64,000 nucleotides of DNA from an uncultured Phycisphaerales bacterium (lineage in GTDB: Bacteria > Planctomycetota > Phycisphaerae > Phycisphaerales > SM1A02): positions 1,722 through 65,721 of the forward strand of contig CALKEP010000052.1 of the NCBI GenBank assembly GCA_938084645.1. Reading direction: 5' to 3'. Each line of letters starts with the position of its first letter. Within the stretch, counting starts at the first letter, position 1. Below are positions 29,406-39,519 of this stretch, piece after piece. The position numbers and the translations under genes are program-made. The notes under the pieces are model-generated. The model made no database searches, was not told the DNA's origin, and saw nothing but the letters and a program-made list of their open reading frames with translations.

Positions 29406-29801
29406 TCAGCTGACGCGGGAGCCCGGCTTCACCGGCTTGTCGATGGTGACCACGACGACATCGCGTTCATCAGGGCCCGGCTTGCCTTCCGCATCCTCGG
29501 TCGGGGCGTCCTTCAGGTCGCTCGCGGCGAGGATCATTCCCTGGCTGATCTCGCCCCGGAGTTTCCGAGGCTCGAGATTCGCGACGATGACCACCTGCTT
29601 CCCCACGAGTTCCTCGGGGGCGTACCACGCCTTGACCCCGGCGCAGACCTGTCGACCCTCGGGCGTGCCGTCATCGAGGGTGACCTTCAGCAGCTTGTCG
29701 GCGTTGGGGTGCGCCTCGCACGCGGTGACGGTGGCGACGCGGAGATCGATCTTCGAGAAGTGATCGAAGTCGATGTTGGGGAGGGGTTCGTTGCTGCTCA
29801 C
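29406..29801 (-). CDS. tRNA-binding (OB-fold) domain protein, CsaA/EMAP-like
   Basis: 131 aa from the GTG at 29801. FSKIDLRVATVTACEAHPNADKLLKVTLDDG...VCAGVKAWY...LVGKQVVIVANLEPRKLRGEISQGMILAA is the classic MetRS-C/CsaA tRNA-binding domain. Confidence 0.75.
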   Translation of the reverse strand: MSSNEPLPNIDFDHFSKIDLRVATVTACEAHPNADKLLKVTLDDGTPEGRQVCAGVKAWYAPEELVGKQVVIVANLEPRKLRGEISQGMILAASDLKDAPTEDAEGKPGPDERDVVVVTIDKPVKPGSRVS

Positions 29802-29854
29802 GGTTCGATCCGAAGGGAGTGGTGGAATCCGGCTCGGCGGATGCCGTGGTCGGT

Positions 29855-31789
29855 TCAGGCCGCGGGGGCCTCGTCCGCGAATTCGTCCGCGAATTCGTCC
29901 TCGTCGTCCTCGTCCTCGCGAGAACGTTCGAAGGCATGTCGGGCCTTCAACGCCTCGAAGCCGAAGATCGAAGCGGGATCGAAGGTCGCGAGGTCCTGGG
30001 TGATCGCGGCCTGAAGCGGGCCCTGGTTCGCCGCGAGCCCCGTCCACTGCTCTTCGGTGAGCGGCATCAGCTTGTCGATGGAGACCACGAGGACCGCGAG
30101 GCGTTGGGGCAGGGCGACGGTGAAGACGCGCTGGTCGATCGGTTGCTCGGCGACGGGCTGCGTCGGGTCGAGGGCCATCGCTCGATCCACGATCGCCGCG
30201 ATCGCCTCGGCATCGGTGCCGAGCCCGGGGATCGAGGACGACAGTTCGATGCCGTACTGAAGCAGGATCTGGAGGTTCGCCTCGCGGATGTCGGCCGCGA
30301 ACTCGACCGGAACGTCGTAGCCGTCCGCGACGGCCCGGAGACCCTCGGTTCGTGCGACCTGTTCGATCTCCGGCAGCCGCGATGCCAGCGTCTCGTAACG
30401 AATCATGGCTTCGACGTCGGCCCGAACCGCGGCTCGGACCTCGTCCAGATCGGCGGGGGGGCGGGACGGATCGGTGTCGATGACGCGGGCGAGGTAGAGG
30501 TCGCCGTCGGGGGCGAAGGTCGGTGGGAACGCGACGCCCGACTGGACGGCGATCGAGTCGCTGCCACCGAAGTCGCGAAGTGCCGGAACGATCGCCGACA
30601 CGGGGGTTCGATTGCGACCGTAGAGATCGGTGTCGCTCTTGGCGAGCGAGCCGTACCGTTCCTCGTCGGAGAGGTTTTCGACCGTGAGCCACTCCTGGCC
30701 GCTGGAGCGATAGGCGGGAAGGGGGAGATCGAACTCCGTCGAGATTTCGTCGGCGAGACTCGTGAAACTCCGCCGTCGCGTCGCCCAGTCCGCCGGCAGG
30801 TCGTAGTGCAGGCCGATCCGGCCCAGGCCACGGCGGGGGAACTGGGTCTGGTCCGACGCGAACTTGGCGATGGCCTTCATCCGGGCATCGGTGAGGTCGT
30901 CGAGGACCACTTCCCGGATCCGCGCCTCTTCGGTGTTGAACTGGCTGGTCGTCGCCGCGGTCCCGAAGCGGGTCGGATCCTTCATGAACGCCTTTCGGAG
31001 TTCGACGGGTCCGAGTTCCGGGCTGTTCTCGAGTGATGCTCGAACGGCCGCCTTGGGGATCACGAGCCACTCGATCTTGAAGCGGTCGGGGATGCGGTAT
31101 CCGAACGTGGCATCATCGGCGGCGGGCAGCACGTCGGCGTGGGCCGTCATCTGCTCGGTGAGCCGCTGCTCGTCGATCTCGGGCTGATCGATCGTCTCGT
31201 CGGTCCGGGCGTCGATCACCACGACGTCGGCCGCGATCCCCAGGGACTTCCGGGCCGCGGCGCTTCGAAGTCGCGTGTCGCTGAATCGTCCCGCGGTCCC
31301 CACCAGTGCGAGGAGCTGGGTGACGCCGCGAACCTCCGCGAGCGTCTCGATCGTCTGTTGCGGGCTCAGGCCGGCCTGTGAACCGAGGGTCGCGATGATC
31401 ATCTCGGGCGTGACGCCTTCGGTGTCGGTTCGTCCGGCCGCGAGCTGCTGGGCGACCTCGTAGCCGGAGGAGGTTCCACCGACGAGTCCGGCCGCGCGTG
31501 CCTCCCGGACCAGGAGGTACCAGTGGGCGGGATTCGTGCCGACCCCGAGCTGACCGAGGGGACTGCTCGCGCCGAGGAGATCGATCAGTCTCGTCTGCCG
31601 TCGAAGCATGTCGGCTTCGCCGGCGGTGACCGACTCATCCTTCGAACCGACCGTCGCCCAGGTGGCGCCCGTCTGGGCGCTGTACTCGGAGAGGCCCTGG
31701 ATCGCCTGAGGCACCAGGAAGGTGATCATCAGGAGCGTGCCGCCCACGGCGAGGATCCACTTGTCGTACTTGCGAAGGAACTGGAACAT
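29855..31789 (-). CDS. PpiD/SurA-N-like periplasmic chaperone, membrane-anchored
   Basis: 644 aa. The N-terminus (MFQFLRKYDKWILAVGGTLLMITFLVPQ) is typical of PpiD-type proteins. I did not recognise a parvulin catalytic motif. It has an acidic C-terminal tail. Confidence 0.6.
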   Translation of the reverse strand: MFQFLRKYDKWILAVGGTLLMITFLVPQAIQGLSEYSAQTGATWATVGSKDESVTAGEADMLRRQTRLIDLLGASSPLGQLGVGTNPAHWYLLVREARAAGLVGGTSSGYEVAQQLAAGRTDTEGVTPEMIIATLGSQAGLSPQQTIETLAEVRGVTQLLALVGTAGRFSDTRLRSAAARKSLGIAADVVVIDARTDETIDQPEIDEQRLTEQMTAHADVLPAADDATFGYRIPDRFKIEWLVIPKAAVRASLENSPELGPVELRKAFMKDPTRFGTAATTSQFNTEEARIREVVLDDLTDARMKAIAKFASDQTQFPRRGLGRIGLHYDLPADWATRRRSFTSLADEISTEFDLPLPAYRSSGQEWLTVENLSDEERYGSLAKSDTDLYGRNRTPVSAIVPALRDFGGSDSIAVQSGVAFPPTFAPDGDLYLARVIDTDPSRPPADLDEVRAAVRADVEAMIRYETLASRLPEIEQVARTEGLRAVADGYDVPVEFAADIREANLQILLQYGIELSSSIPGLGTDAEAIAAIVDRAMALDPTQPVAEQPIDQRVFTVALPQRLAVLVVSIDKLMPLTEEQWTGLAANQGPLQAAITQDLATFDPASIFGFEALKARHAFERSREDEDDEDEFADEFADEAPAA

Positions 31790-32012
31790 GAGGTCTTCCG
31801 GGGTTCGGCGTGGGGCGGTTCAGGTGGCCGGTCGAGGCTGCTCGGGAGCGGGTCGCGGCACCATGCGGGGGAGGAACGGAACGCGGGTGGAAGCGGCTGC
31901 GAAAGGACCGTCGCGTCGGTCCGTCGATGCCGGGGAGGCCTCGAAGGGAGCCGGACGCGACGGTCCGTGGTGGAACGCAGCCCGTCGAGTCGAGGCCGAG
32001 GCCCCGATGGGA

Positions 32013-32612
32013 TCAGCGATAGAACTCGACGATCAGGTTGGTGTTGACGTCGAACGGGATCTGGTCCGAGGTCGGCGATGCGACGATCTTCACGTTGAGT
32101 TCCGCGGGATTCATGGCGATCCATCCGGGGACCATGTGTCCGGCGAGGGACTCCATGCTTTCGCGGGCCAGAGTGTGGATCTTGTCGCGGAGGGTGATCT
32201 CGTCGCCGACCTTCACCGCGAAGCTCGGACGATCGACCTTCTTGCCGTTCACCAGCACGTGTCCGTGGGTGACCATCTGACGGGCGGCCCAGATCGTGCG
32301 GGTGAGACCGGCACGTCGGATCACGTTGTCGAGACGGCACTCGAGCAGCTGAAGGAGAAGTTCGCCGGTGTTGCCCGGGCGACGAGTCGCTTCATCGACG
32401 TAGCGACGGAACTGTCGTTCCATCACGTTGTAGTGATAGCGGAGCTTCTGCTTCTCATCCTTCCGGATGCCGTAGTCCTTGGGTCGACGCCCACGAAACC
32501 CGTGCTGCCCCGGCGGGTTGAGCTGCCGCTTCGAGGTGTGCTTCGGGATGTCCGCGATCGGAACACCGACGCGGCGGGAGAGCTTGACCTTCGGTCCGAG
32601 GTAACGGGCCAT
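32013..32612 (-). CDS. rpsD: 30S ribosomal protein S4
   Basis: 199 aa from the ATG at 32612. It has MARYLGPKVKLSRRVG..., the S4 RNA-binding domain (ECRLDNVIRRAGL...ARQMVTHGHVLVNG) and ends in EFYR. Confidence 0.95.
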   Translation of the reverse strand: MARYLGPKVKLSRRVGVPIADIPKHTSKRQLNPPGQHGFRGRRPKDYGIRKDEKQKLRYHYNVMERQFRRYVDEATRRPGNTGELLLQLLECRLDNVIRRAGLTRTIWAARQMVTHGHVLVNGKKVDRPSFAVKVGDEITLRDKIHTLARESMESLAGHMVPGWIAMNPAELNVKIVASPTSDQIPFDVNTNLIVEFYR

Positions 32613-32745
32613 TCGAACATCCGACTGTTGGGGCCCCGGACGGCGAATCTGACGCCGTACGGGTCGAAAGTGAACCGGCACCCCCGGATTTCCGGGTACG
32701 TGTCGGGGACGACGCCGGGGCGGAAACCGCTCCGGCGAGTCGCGT

Positions 32746-32774
32746 AGTAGAACATTCCCACCGCCGAGCGTCAA
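32746..32774 (-). promoter_or_regulatory. Putative rpsD promoter
   Basis: On the minus strand: TTGACG (32774-32769), a 17-nt spacer, then TCTACT (32751-32746). This would give a leader of about 125 nt. Pattern match only. Confidence 0.3.
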
Positions 32775-33374
32775 GACGAAGGGATGCGTTTCGGGCCTCG
32801 AACACACCATTCCCGGGGGGGCGGGCCCCATCTCGGGTGGGTCTCTTCCGCGGGAGCCAAGGTGACTCCCGGTCCGCCATGACACCCCGCAGCCGGTCTG
32901 GAGCCCCAAAATCAGCGAAAGGCCCCGCTCCTCCGGCTGGGCCTTCCGCAATCTCTACTCTCGGTCGAGAGGTTCTCGATTCGGGGGCACGGAATCAAGC
33001 ACAAATTCGAGAACTTCTCGGTTTCCGGGTCTCTCGGATCCGGCGGTCTTCGTCACCGAAAATCGTGACGTAGATCTCGGCGATCTCCGCTCGATCGGCT
33101 GGAGGCAGCGGGCTCCCGAGACCGACCATCGCGGCAAGGTCCCGCGTGATCGCCGAGCGGAGATCCGATCGGTGGGTGGCGCCGGTCGAGGTGGCGTGTT
33201 TCTGCGTGCCCACGATCGCCGAGGTGCGTCCGGATGGGCGAAGGGGTCGTCTGCCGGGGGCCATGTCTGGATTCCGGGAGGATGCGAAGGACCTCGACGT
33301 GGTCCCGTGATCGGATCCTCGGTCGGATCCTCGTCGGCCTCCAGCCCGTTCCCCCGGATCCCAGCGGTTCGTGG

Positions 33375-35291
33375 TCAGTACGCCCGGCGTTCGTCGTTCT
33401 TCCGCCAGTTGAGATAGGCGGTGTTGAGCACTCGATATCCGCCCGGGGTCGGATAGTCACCGGTGAAGTACCAGTCGCCGGTGTGACCGGGCATCGCCTC
33501 GCGCAGACCGGGCAGGTCCTGGTAGACCATCTCGATCTGCCCGGACCACTCGAGGCGGTCGCTGCGGATGAGATCGGCGATCCGAGCCGACAGGGTTTCG
33601 AGCGAGAATCGATCGTAGATGGCGGCGACGTGGTTCTTCATCCGGTCGGGGGCGAGGTCGACTTGTTCGAGGCATCTGGCCTCGACCTCGTCGAGCAGGT
33701 CCGCCTCGCCGGCGTCGTGAAGCAGGGAGACCGCCGCTTCGAACGCGATGAACCGGCCCAGCTGGCTCATGTCGATCCCGTAGCAGTCCGGGTACATGAT
33801 CGGGGGCGCGCTGGAGACCACCACGATCCGCCGGGGTGAGAGGCGGGACAGCATGGTGATGATCGACTCGCGGAGCGTGGTGCCGCGAACGATGCTGTCG
33901 TCCACGACCACGAGCGTGTCGCCTTCGGCGATGGTCCCGCGGGTGACGTCGTAGACGTGGGAGACCAGGTCGCGTCGCGCGGCATCGTGGGTGATGAAGG
34001 TTCGCAGCCGCTGGTCCTTGTGGGCGACCTTCTCGGAGCGGGCCCGGGTGCGGATGAGTCGATCGACGTCCTCCCGGGTGACGGTCCCGGCTTCGATCCG
34101 CTTCCAGAGTTCCTCCCCGTTCCGCCGACGAAGCACCGCGTTGATCTCTTCCCGCAGGCCCGCGAACGCGGTCTCGGCGGTGTTGGGGATGAAGCCGAAC
34201 ACCGTGTCGTCGATGTTCCAGTCGATCGCTTCCAGGACCCGCTCCGCCAGATTGGCGCCGAGTCGCTTCCGCTCCCGGTAGATGTCGCGGTCGTTGCCTC
34301 GACTGAAGTAGATCCGTTCGAACGTGCACTTGCGCACCGGCAGTGGATCGATGAACGGTTCGATCCGGATCGCCCCGTTCCGCTTCACTTCGAGGGCGTG
34401 GGCGGGCGGGAGTTCCTCGATCGCATCGGGGTCGACGTTGAACGCGGTGACGAGGGCGGCCCGCTCGCTGGCGACCGAGACCACGGCGTCGTCCCGGTAG
34501 ATGAAGGCGGGACGGATCCCTGCGGGGTCGCGGCAGACGAGGAGGTCGCCGTTACCGACGATCGAGGCGAAGACGTAGCCGCCGTCGAATCGGTCGGACG
34601 CGTTTCGGAGCACCCGGACGAGATCGAGTTCGGCCGACACGGTCTCGGCGAGCTCACGACCCTCGAGGGCTCGGAAGGACCCGGGGCCCATGGTCGCGGC
34701 GAGATGATCGTGCTCGCGGTCCAGGTAGTAGCCGATCTTCTCCAGCACGACCTGCGTGTCGGAGTCGCCGACGGGATCGAGGCCGTACTCCATCAGTTCC
34801 TCGAAGAGAAGCTTCGAGTTGGTCAGGTTGAAGTTGCCGGCGACCGCGAGATTCCGGCTGGCCACGATGTTCTTGCGGAGATAGGGATGGCACGCGGTGA
34901 TGGTCCGTCCGCCGTGGGTGCCGTACCGGAGGTGCCCGAGCATCAGCTCCCCGAGGTGCGGCATGCGTCGCTTGAGATCAAGCCCCGAAAGGGCGTCGGT
35001 CCTCTCCATCGAGAGGTTTCGAAGCGGTTTCATCACCGTGTCGAAGAGTCGTTCGATGGGGTTCCGCTTGGCACTGCGGAGCCGTGAGAGAAACTGCTCG
35101 CCCGCCGGCATGTCGAATCGGACGGCACCGATCCCGGCCCCGTCCTGGCCGCGATTGTGCTGCTTTTCCATGAGCAGGAAGAGTCTGCGGAGGCCCCAGA
35201 GCGAGTCCCCGTGCTCTTCCCGATACCAGTCCAACGGCTTCAGGAGCCGAACGACGGCGAGTCCGCATTCGTGGGAGATCCGGTCGCTCAT
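33375..35291 (-). CDS. purF: Amidophosphoribosyltransferase (long, class-II glutamine amidotransferase type)
   Basis: 638 aa. It has an Ntn nucleophile after a short propeptide (MSDRISHECGL), NRGQDGAGI, and the PRPP-binding motif TLVVVDDSIVRGTT. Confidence 0.88.
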   Translation of the reverse strand: MSDRISHECGLAVVRLLKPLDWYREEHGDSLWGLRRLFLLMEKQHNRGQDGAGIGAVRFDMPAGEQFLSRLRSAKRNPIERLFDTVMKPLRNLSMERTDALSGLDLKRRMPHLGELMLGHLRYGTHGGRTITACHPYLRKNIVASRNLAVAGNFNLTNSKLLFEELMEYGLDPVGDSDTQVVLEKIGYYLDREHDHLAATMGPGSFRALEGRELAETVSAELDLVRVLRNASDRFDGGYVFASIVGNGDLLVCRDPAGIRPAFIYRDDAVVSVASERAALVTAFNVDPDAIEELPPAHALEVKRNGAIRIEPFIDPLPVRKCTFERIYFSRGNDRDIYRERKRLGANLAERVLEAIDWNIDDTVFGFIPNTAETAFAGLREEINAVLRRRNGEELWKRIEAGTVTREDVDRLIRTRARSEKVAHKDQRLRTFITHDAARRDLVSHVYDVTRGTIAEGDTLVVVDDSIVRGTTLRESIITMLSRLSPRRIVVVSSAPPIMYPDCYGIDMSQLGRFIAFEAAVSLLHDAGEADLLDEVEARCLEQVDLAPDRMKNHVAAIYDRFSLETLSARIADLIRSDRLEWSGQIEMVYQDLPGLREAMPGHTGDWYFTGDYPTPGGYRVLNTAYLNWRKNDERRAY

Positions 35292-35370
35292 GGGGGTGGC
35301 ACGGTAACGCTTCGACGCCGCGCCTGCGCCGCGACTCCCGCATCCCCCGGGGCGGGCGCCGATCTATGCT

Positions 35371-36189
35371 GTGATTGTGGAAGACGCGCCGACACCAACT
35401 TCGAAACTGCCGACCGGCCTGGTCACCTGGGCGACCTTGCTCGGACACTGGACCGATCTCGTCAAGGCGGGGGAGGGACTGAAGCGGTCCGACGACGAAG
35501 ACGACCGGGCGTGGCGGGCGTCCCTCCCGGAAGTGATCCGGCTGCAGGCCATCACCTTCGCGCTCGCGGAGCTCGATCGAGTCGAGATTCCGGATCGCGG
35601 ACTTGCGCGGGATCGGGCGACGATCGGGGTCGAGGAGGCGTCGGCGCAGCTGGATGCCCTCTGGTCGGGCGTCTCGATGCCCGAGGCGTTGCTCGAGATC
35701 GCTTCGGACGCCGCGCGGGCGGTCGAGGCCGCCGTCTACGCGGGGCTCCAGTGGATTCGCTGGGGTGGGGCGGGCCGTCTCGAGATGCCCGACATCGATC
35801 TGGAGGCGGTCGGCACCGCTGGAACGCTCGCGTGCGCCCAACCCGGCACCATTCTGCTCCCCGGCGAGCCCGTCGCGTGGTGGACGGAGCGGGAGCCGCC
35901 GCAGGAACTCGTCGGCGAAGGGTTCGATGTCCGGCCGGGGCCCCCGGTCCAGATCTACCGCCGGCTCGATGACGCGGGCCGTGCGATCGGGGATCTCGTC
36001 GCGCCGCTCACGGATCTTCCGGTGGGCCTGCCGATCCTCGTGCCGATCTCCCTCGACGGCGTCCCGATCGGACGGTTCACCGTCGAGCGGGACCGGTGGC
36101 TCGCCTCGAATCGTCGTGCGTTCGAGACGGTCGAAGGGGACTACCCGGTCCGATACGAATCCGGGGCGTCGCCGGACTCCGAGGACTGA
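35371..36189 (+). CDS. Hypothetical protein
   Basis: 272 aa with GTG start and consistently high GC3. No motif recognised. Confidence 0.55.
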   Translation: MIVEDAPTPTSKLPTGLVTWATLLGHWTDLVKAGEGLKRSDDEDDRAWRASLPEVIRLQAITFALAELDRVEIPDRGLARDRATIGVEEASAQLDALWSGVSMPEALLEIASDAARAVEAAVYAGLQWIRWGGAGRLEMPDIDLEAVGTAGTLACAQPGTILLPGEPVAWWTEREPPQELVGEGFDVRPGPPVQIYRRLDDAGRAIGDLVAPLTDLPVGLPILVPISLDGVPIGRFTVERDRWLASNRRAFETVEGDYPVRYESGASPDSED

Positions 36190-37086
36190 TCAGAAACCAC
36201 CTTCATCCCCGACTGCGGCTTCGACGGGCCGCCGGTCGAACAGGTCGAACGGGCCGATGGGACGGTCCTGTTCGGCGACGTGCATGCGACGGGCGAGCGT
36301 CGCGTCGTGTGCGCCCCAGAGATCGCGCACGAGATCGGGGTCGTTGCACTCGCGGGAGAGGTGGAGCAGGACGACCCGGTCCGGTGTGGTGCGGGTCGCC
36401 AGCGACCGCACGAGATCGAGGGCCTGCACGTTCGACAGATGGCCATGACCGCCGGTGATCCGGGCCTTCAGGAACGGGGGTCTCGGCGAGGCGGCCTGGA
36501 GCGCGGCGTCGTAGTTGGATTCCACCCCGAGGATCTCGCAGTCCGAGAGCAGTGAACGCAGTTCTTCGGTGGGCCGGCCGACATCCGTCGCCCAACCGAT
36601 GCGGAGATCTCCCCGCGTCGTACGGACCCGGAGTCGGATGGCGGTCGAACCGTGGTCGTCGTGCGGGGCGAGGGCGGTGGTCGCGGTGATCACGCCCGGC
36701 AGGATCGTGATCTCCCGTCCACCATCGGCGAGCGGCCGGAGAAGCCGCGGGGGAGCCGCCATCGCGGCGAGCGCCGCATGGTGGCTGGGGGCCGCGTAGA
36801 CCGGCCATTCCGTCGCATCGAGCGTGCGACGCCAGGTCGACCGGAGATGGTCGCCGTCGGGGTGGGTGACCAGCACCGCGGCGATGTCCTCGAACCGCAC
36901 GTCCGGGGCGTGCTCGTCGAGTCGTCGGGCGAGGGTCCTTGGGCCGATGCCGAGATCGATGCAGACGTGCCGGGGTGGGAGGCCGAGGCGATGAAGCGTC
37001 AGGATGGAGAGATTGCCGCCGGAGCCGCTGGCGATGATCCGGAGATGGGCGTCGACCACGCGCGTCGCGTGCTCCGCCTCGATCAC
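36190..37086 (-). CDS. MBL-fold metallo-hydrolase
   Basis: 298 aa with GTG start overlapping the lpxA stop (GTGA). It has a metallo-beta-lactamase motif (VLVTHPDGDHL) and a C-terminal GGHGHLSN, as in PhnP/YycJ-like proteins. Confidence 0.8.
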   Translation of the reverse strand: MIEAEHATRVVDAHLRIIASGSGGNLSILTLHRLGLPPRHVCIDLGIGPRTLARRLDEHAPDVRFEDIAAVLVTHPDGDHLRSTWRRTLDATEWPVYAAPSHHAALAAMAAPPRLLRPLADGGREITILPGVITATTALAPHDDHGSTAIRLRVRTTRGDLRIGWATDVGRPTEELRSLLSDCEILGVESNYDAALQAASPRPPFLKARITGGHGHLSNVQALDLVRSLATRTTPDRVVLLHLSRECNDPDLVRDLWGAHDATLARRMHVAEQDRPIGPFDLFDRRPVEAAVGDEGGF

Positions 37087-37913
37087 GAGGCGTCCGCGGC
37101 TTGTGAGGGTCTTTCCTTGGGCTCGGCCTTCCGGCCCCGCATGGTGCAGATCGATCGAGTCGACTGCTCGAGGAAGCGAAGGTACTCGTCGGCCATGGGC
37201 TGGCCGGCGTGCTCCTTGAGCTGCTCGGTCGCCGCGGCGATGGTGAGTCCGCTCCGGCAGAAGAGCTTGAACACCATTCGGACGATCCCGATGTCTTCGG
37301 CGGTGGCCCCACTGCGACGAAGTCCGACCAGATTGATGCTGTTCGCCGTGTTGAGCAGCGTCACCATGAACCAGGGCAGGATGTCGAGGGAGGAACCCGC
37401 GTTGCCGCCGATCATGGCGCCGCGACCGACGCGGACGAACTGATGGATGCCTGCGTTTCCGCCGACGATCACGCGATCTTCGATGATCGCATGTCCACCG
37501 AGCATCGAGCCCTTGGCAAGCACGATGTGGTTCGCCAGCTGGCAGTCGTGGCCGGCGTGGGCGCCGTCCATGAAGAGGTTGTCGTCGCCGATCTTCGTGG
37601 GATCGGTCTCGTGGATCGATCGATGGACGGACGAGTGTTCGCGGAAGACGTTGCGATCCCCGATCAGGGTCCCGGGCCCTTCGACGTCCGGGTCGAAGTG
37701 ACTCGTCTGGGGTGCGACGCCCAGGGAGCTGAACGGCCAGATATCGTTGTCCTCACCGATGACCATCGGTCCCTGCATGAAGCAATGGGCTCGGAGTCGG
37801 GTGCCACGGCCGATCCGGATGGCCCCTTCGAGGATGCAGTACGGGCCGATCTCAACGTCGTCAGCGAGTTCGACTCGGGAATCGATGATGGCGGTGGGGT
37901 GGATCCGCGACAT
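37083..37913 (-). CDS. lpxA: Acyl-ACP--UDP-N-acetylglucosamine O-acyltransferase
   Basis: 276 aa from the ATG at 37913. MSRIHPTAIIDSRVELADDVEIGPYCIL begins left-handed beta-helix hexapeptide repeats, followed by the LpxA C-terminal helical domain (NLVGLRRSG). Confidence 0.9.
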   Translation of the reverse strand: MSRIHPTAIIDSRVELADDVEIGPYCILEGAIRIGRGTRLRAHCFMQGPMVIGEDNDIWPFSSLGVAPQTSHFDPDVEGPGTLIGDRNVFREHSSVHRSIHETDPTKIGDDNLFMDGAHAGHDCQLANHIVLAKGSMLGGHAIIEDRVIVGGNAGIHQFVRVGRGAMIGGNAGSSLDILPWFMVTLLNTANSINLVGLRRSGATAEDIGIVRMVFKLFCRSGLTIAAATEQLKEHAGQPMADEYLRFLEQSTRSICTMRGRKAEPKERPSQAADAS

Positions 37914-37975
37914 GACGGCCTGGCAGTCTCCGGGAATCGCCCTTGCGGGCCTCGAGAAGCGAATACGGTACACGG

Positions 37976-38755
37976 ATGCGAACGCCATTGCACCCATCCG
38001 AATTCCATTCCGGAGACTCGCCTCCGGGGTGGCTTGAGGTCCGAAGACTGGGCCGGATCGGTTATCGGGAAGGCCTTCAACTCCAGCGGGAACTCCACGC
38101 CGAGGTGCTGGGAGCGCGGGACACGGCGACCCCGCGCGGCTTCCTGCTCCTCCTGGAGCACGACCCCCCGGTCGTGACCGTCTCGAGGAGGCCCGGTGCC
38201 GCCGAGAACCTGATCGCGACCGACGCGGCCTTCGCGGAACGAGGCATCCGGATCGAGGAGACCGACCGGGGCGGGGACGTCACCTATCACGGGCCGGGCC
38301 AGTTGGTGGCGTATCCGATCATCGATCTGAATCTCGTCCGGGTCCGGATCCACGGTTGGATCCGGTTGCTGGAACAGGTGGTCATCGACGCACTCGCCTC
38401 GTTCGAGTGTCCGGCCGACCGGGACCCGGGGGCGACCGGGGTCTGGGTGGACCGCACCGTCGACGATGCGGATGGATCGGGCGGTCGGAAGATCGCGGCG
38501 ATCGGGGTCCGGGTGTCGCGGTGGATCACCATGCACGGGCTCGCGGTCAACGTCGATCCCGACCTCGGTCACTTCGACACGATCGTGCCCTGTGGCCTGG
38601 CGGGACGGCCGGTGACCAGCATCGCCCGCGAACTCGGGCCCGAGCGGGCGACGATCCCGGACATGGCGCAGGTCACCGCCGCGGTGGAGGCTGGATTCGC
38701 CCGGCACCTGTCACACCCCGAGCCGTTCCGGGACCGGCCGGCGTCGGATGCCTGA
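37976..38755 (+). CDS. lipB: Octanoyltransferase (lipoyl(octanoyl) transferase)
   Basis: It has RGGDVTYHGPGQLVAYPI, KIAAIGVRV and IVPCGL motifs. The ATG at 37976 is preferred over the upstream TTG at 37943. Confidence 0.9.
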   Translation: MRTPLHPSEFHSGDSPPGWLEVRRLGRIGYREGLQLQRELHAEVLGARDTATPRGFLLLLEHDPPVVTVSRRPGAAENLIATDAAFAERGIRIEETDRGGDVTYHGPGQLVAYPIIDLNLVRVRIHGWIRLLEQVVIDALASFECPADRDPGATGVWVDRTVDDADGSGGRKIAAIGVRVSRWITMHGLAVNVDPDLGHFDTIVPCGLAGRPVTSIARELGPERATIPDMAQVTAAVEAGFARHLSHPEPFRDRPASDA

Positions 38756-38769
38756 TCGAGTCGCTTCGG

Positions 38770-39486
38770 TCAGAGTCCGAGTTCGTCGGCGACCGCCTCG
38801 GTGATGTCGATCGCGTCGGGATACCGAAGGAGGCCCCGCCGCCGGACCTGCTGGCTGGCGACGTCCATGGTCTCCGCGTCGAAGGGTTCCCCGGTGGGGA
38901 CGAACTGGGTCACGATGTCGATGCCCTGCCGTTCGGCGACGATGTCGACCGCTTCGATCAGCTCTCGATAGGCGGACTCGATCTGTTCTGCGCCGAGCTT
39001 CTGACGAATCGCCATCGTTCCCTGCTGCCAGGACTGGTACTCCTGCATCATCTGCTGGAACTGGGCCTGGACCCGCGGGAAGTCGGGGCTTTCCGGGGTG
39101 ACGTCGGCGTTCTCCTTCTGGAAGGCCTCGAACCTCGCTTCGTACGCGGCGTTCTGCTCGGCGGCCTCTTCCTGCAGTTCGGTCCGTGCTTCGCCGAATC
39201 GATCCGCATCCATCAGCGTCTTCAGGAGTCTCGACACGTTGACGGACCCGATCGACCAGATTCGTTCGGTCGGCCGCTCGCCGAAGGCGAGTCGTCCCTT
39301 GGTGTTCGTGAGCACCAGTTCGCCGTCGTCTCCACGAAGCAGCACCTCGTCGGCGGGCCCGAGCTTGTCGGCGGGGCGTGGCTCGTCGCCGATCGCGGAC
39401 CGTCCGGGTCCCTCGAAGTCGGCGAGGAGGACGACCACGAGGGCCAGCAGGACGACGTGGACGACGATTCTTTCGATGCGATGCAT
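38770..39486 (-). CDS. OmpH/Skp-family periplasmic chaperone
   Basis: 238 aa with an N-terminal TM/signal sequence. It has a long coiled-coil segment rich in Q/E/A (ELQEEAAEQNAAYEARFEAFQKE...QFQQMMQEYQSWQQ) and the OmpH-like end DITEAV. Confidence 0.75.
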   Translation of the reverse strand: MHRIERIVVHVVLLALVVVLLADFEGPGRSAIGDEPRPADKLGPADEVLLRGDDGELVLTNTKGRLAFGERPTERIWSIGSVNVSRLLKTLMDADRFGEARTELQEEAAEQNAAYEARFEAFQKENADVTPESPDFPRVQAQFQQMMQEYQSWQQGTMAIRQKLGAEQIESAYRELIEAVDIVAERQGIDIVTQFVPTGEPFDAETMDVASQQVRRRGLLRYPDAIDITEAVADELGL

Positions 39487-39519
39487 GCTTGCTCCTGGTC
39501 GGGTTCCTGAGGTGGCGGA

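Noticed and set aside
29871-29900. Short tandem repeat (TCGTCCGCGAAT x2.5)
   Set aside because: It lies inside the PpiD-like CDS and encodes the acidic tail (…DEFADEFADE…). It is too short, and has no spacers, to be a CRISPR array or satellite.
29802-31070. Upstream part of minus-strand ORF 29406..31070
   Set aside because: It overlaps the PpiD-like gene in another frame and is Arg/Pro/Gly-rich. The tRNA-binding domain starts only at the GTG at 29801.
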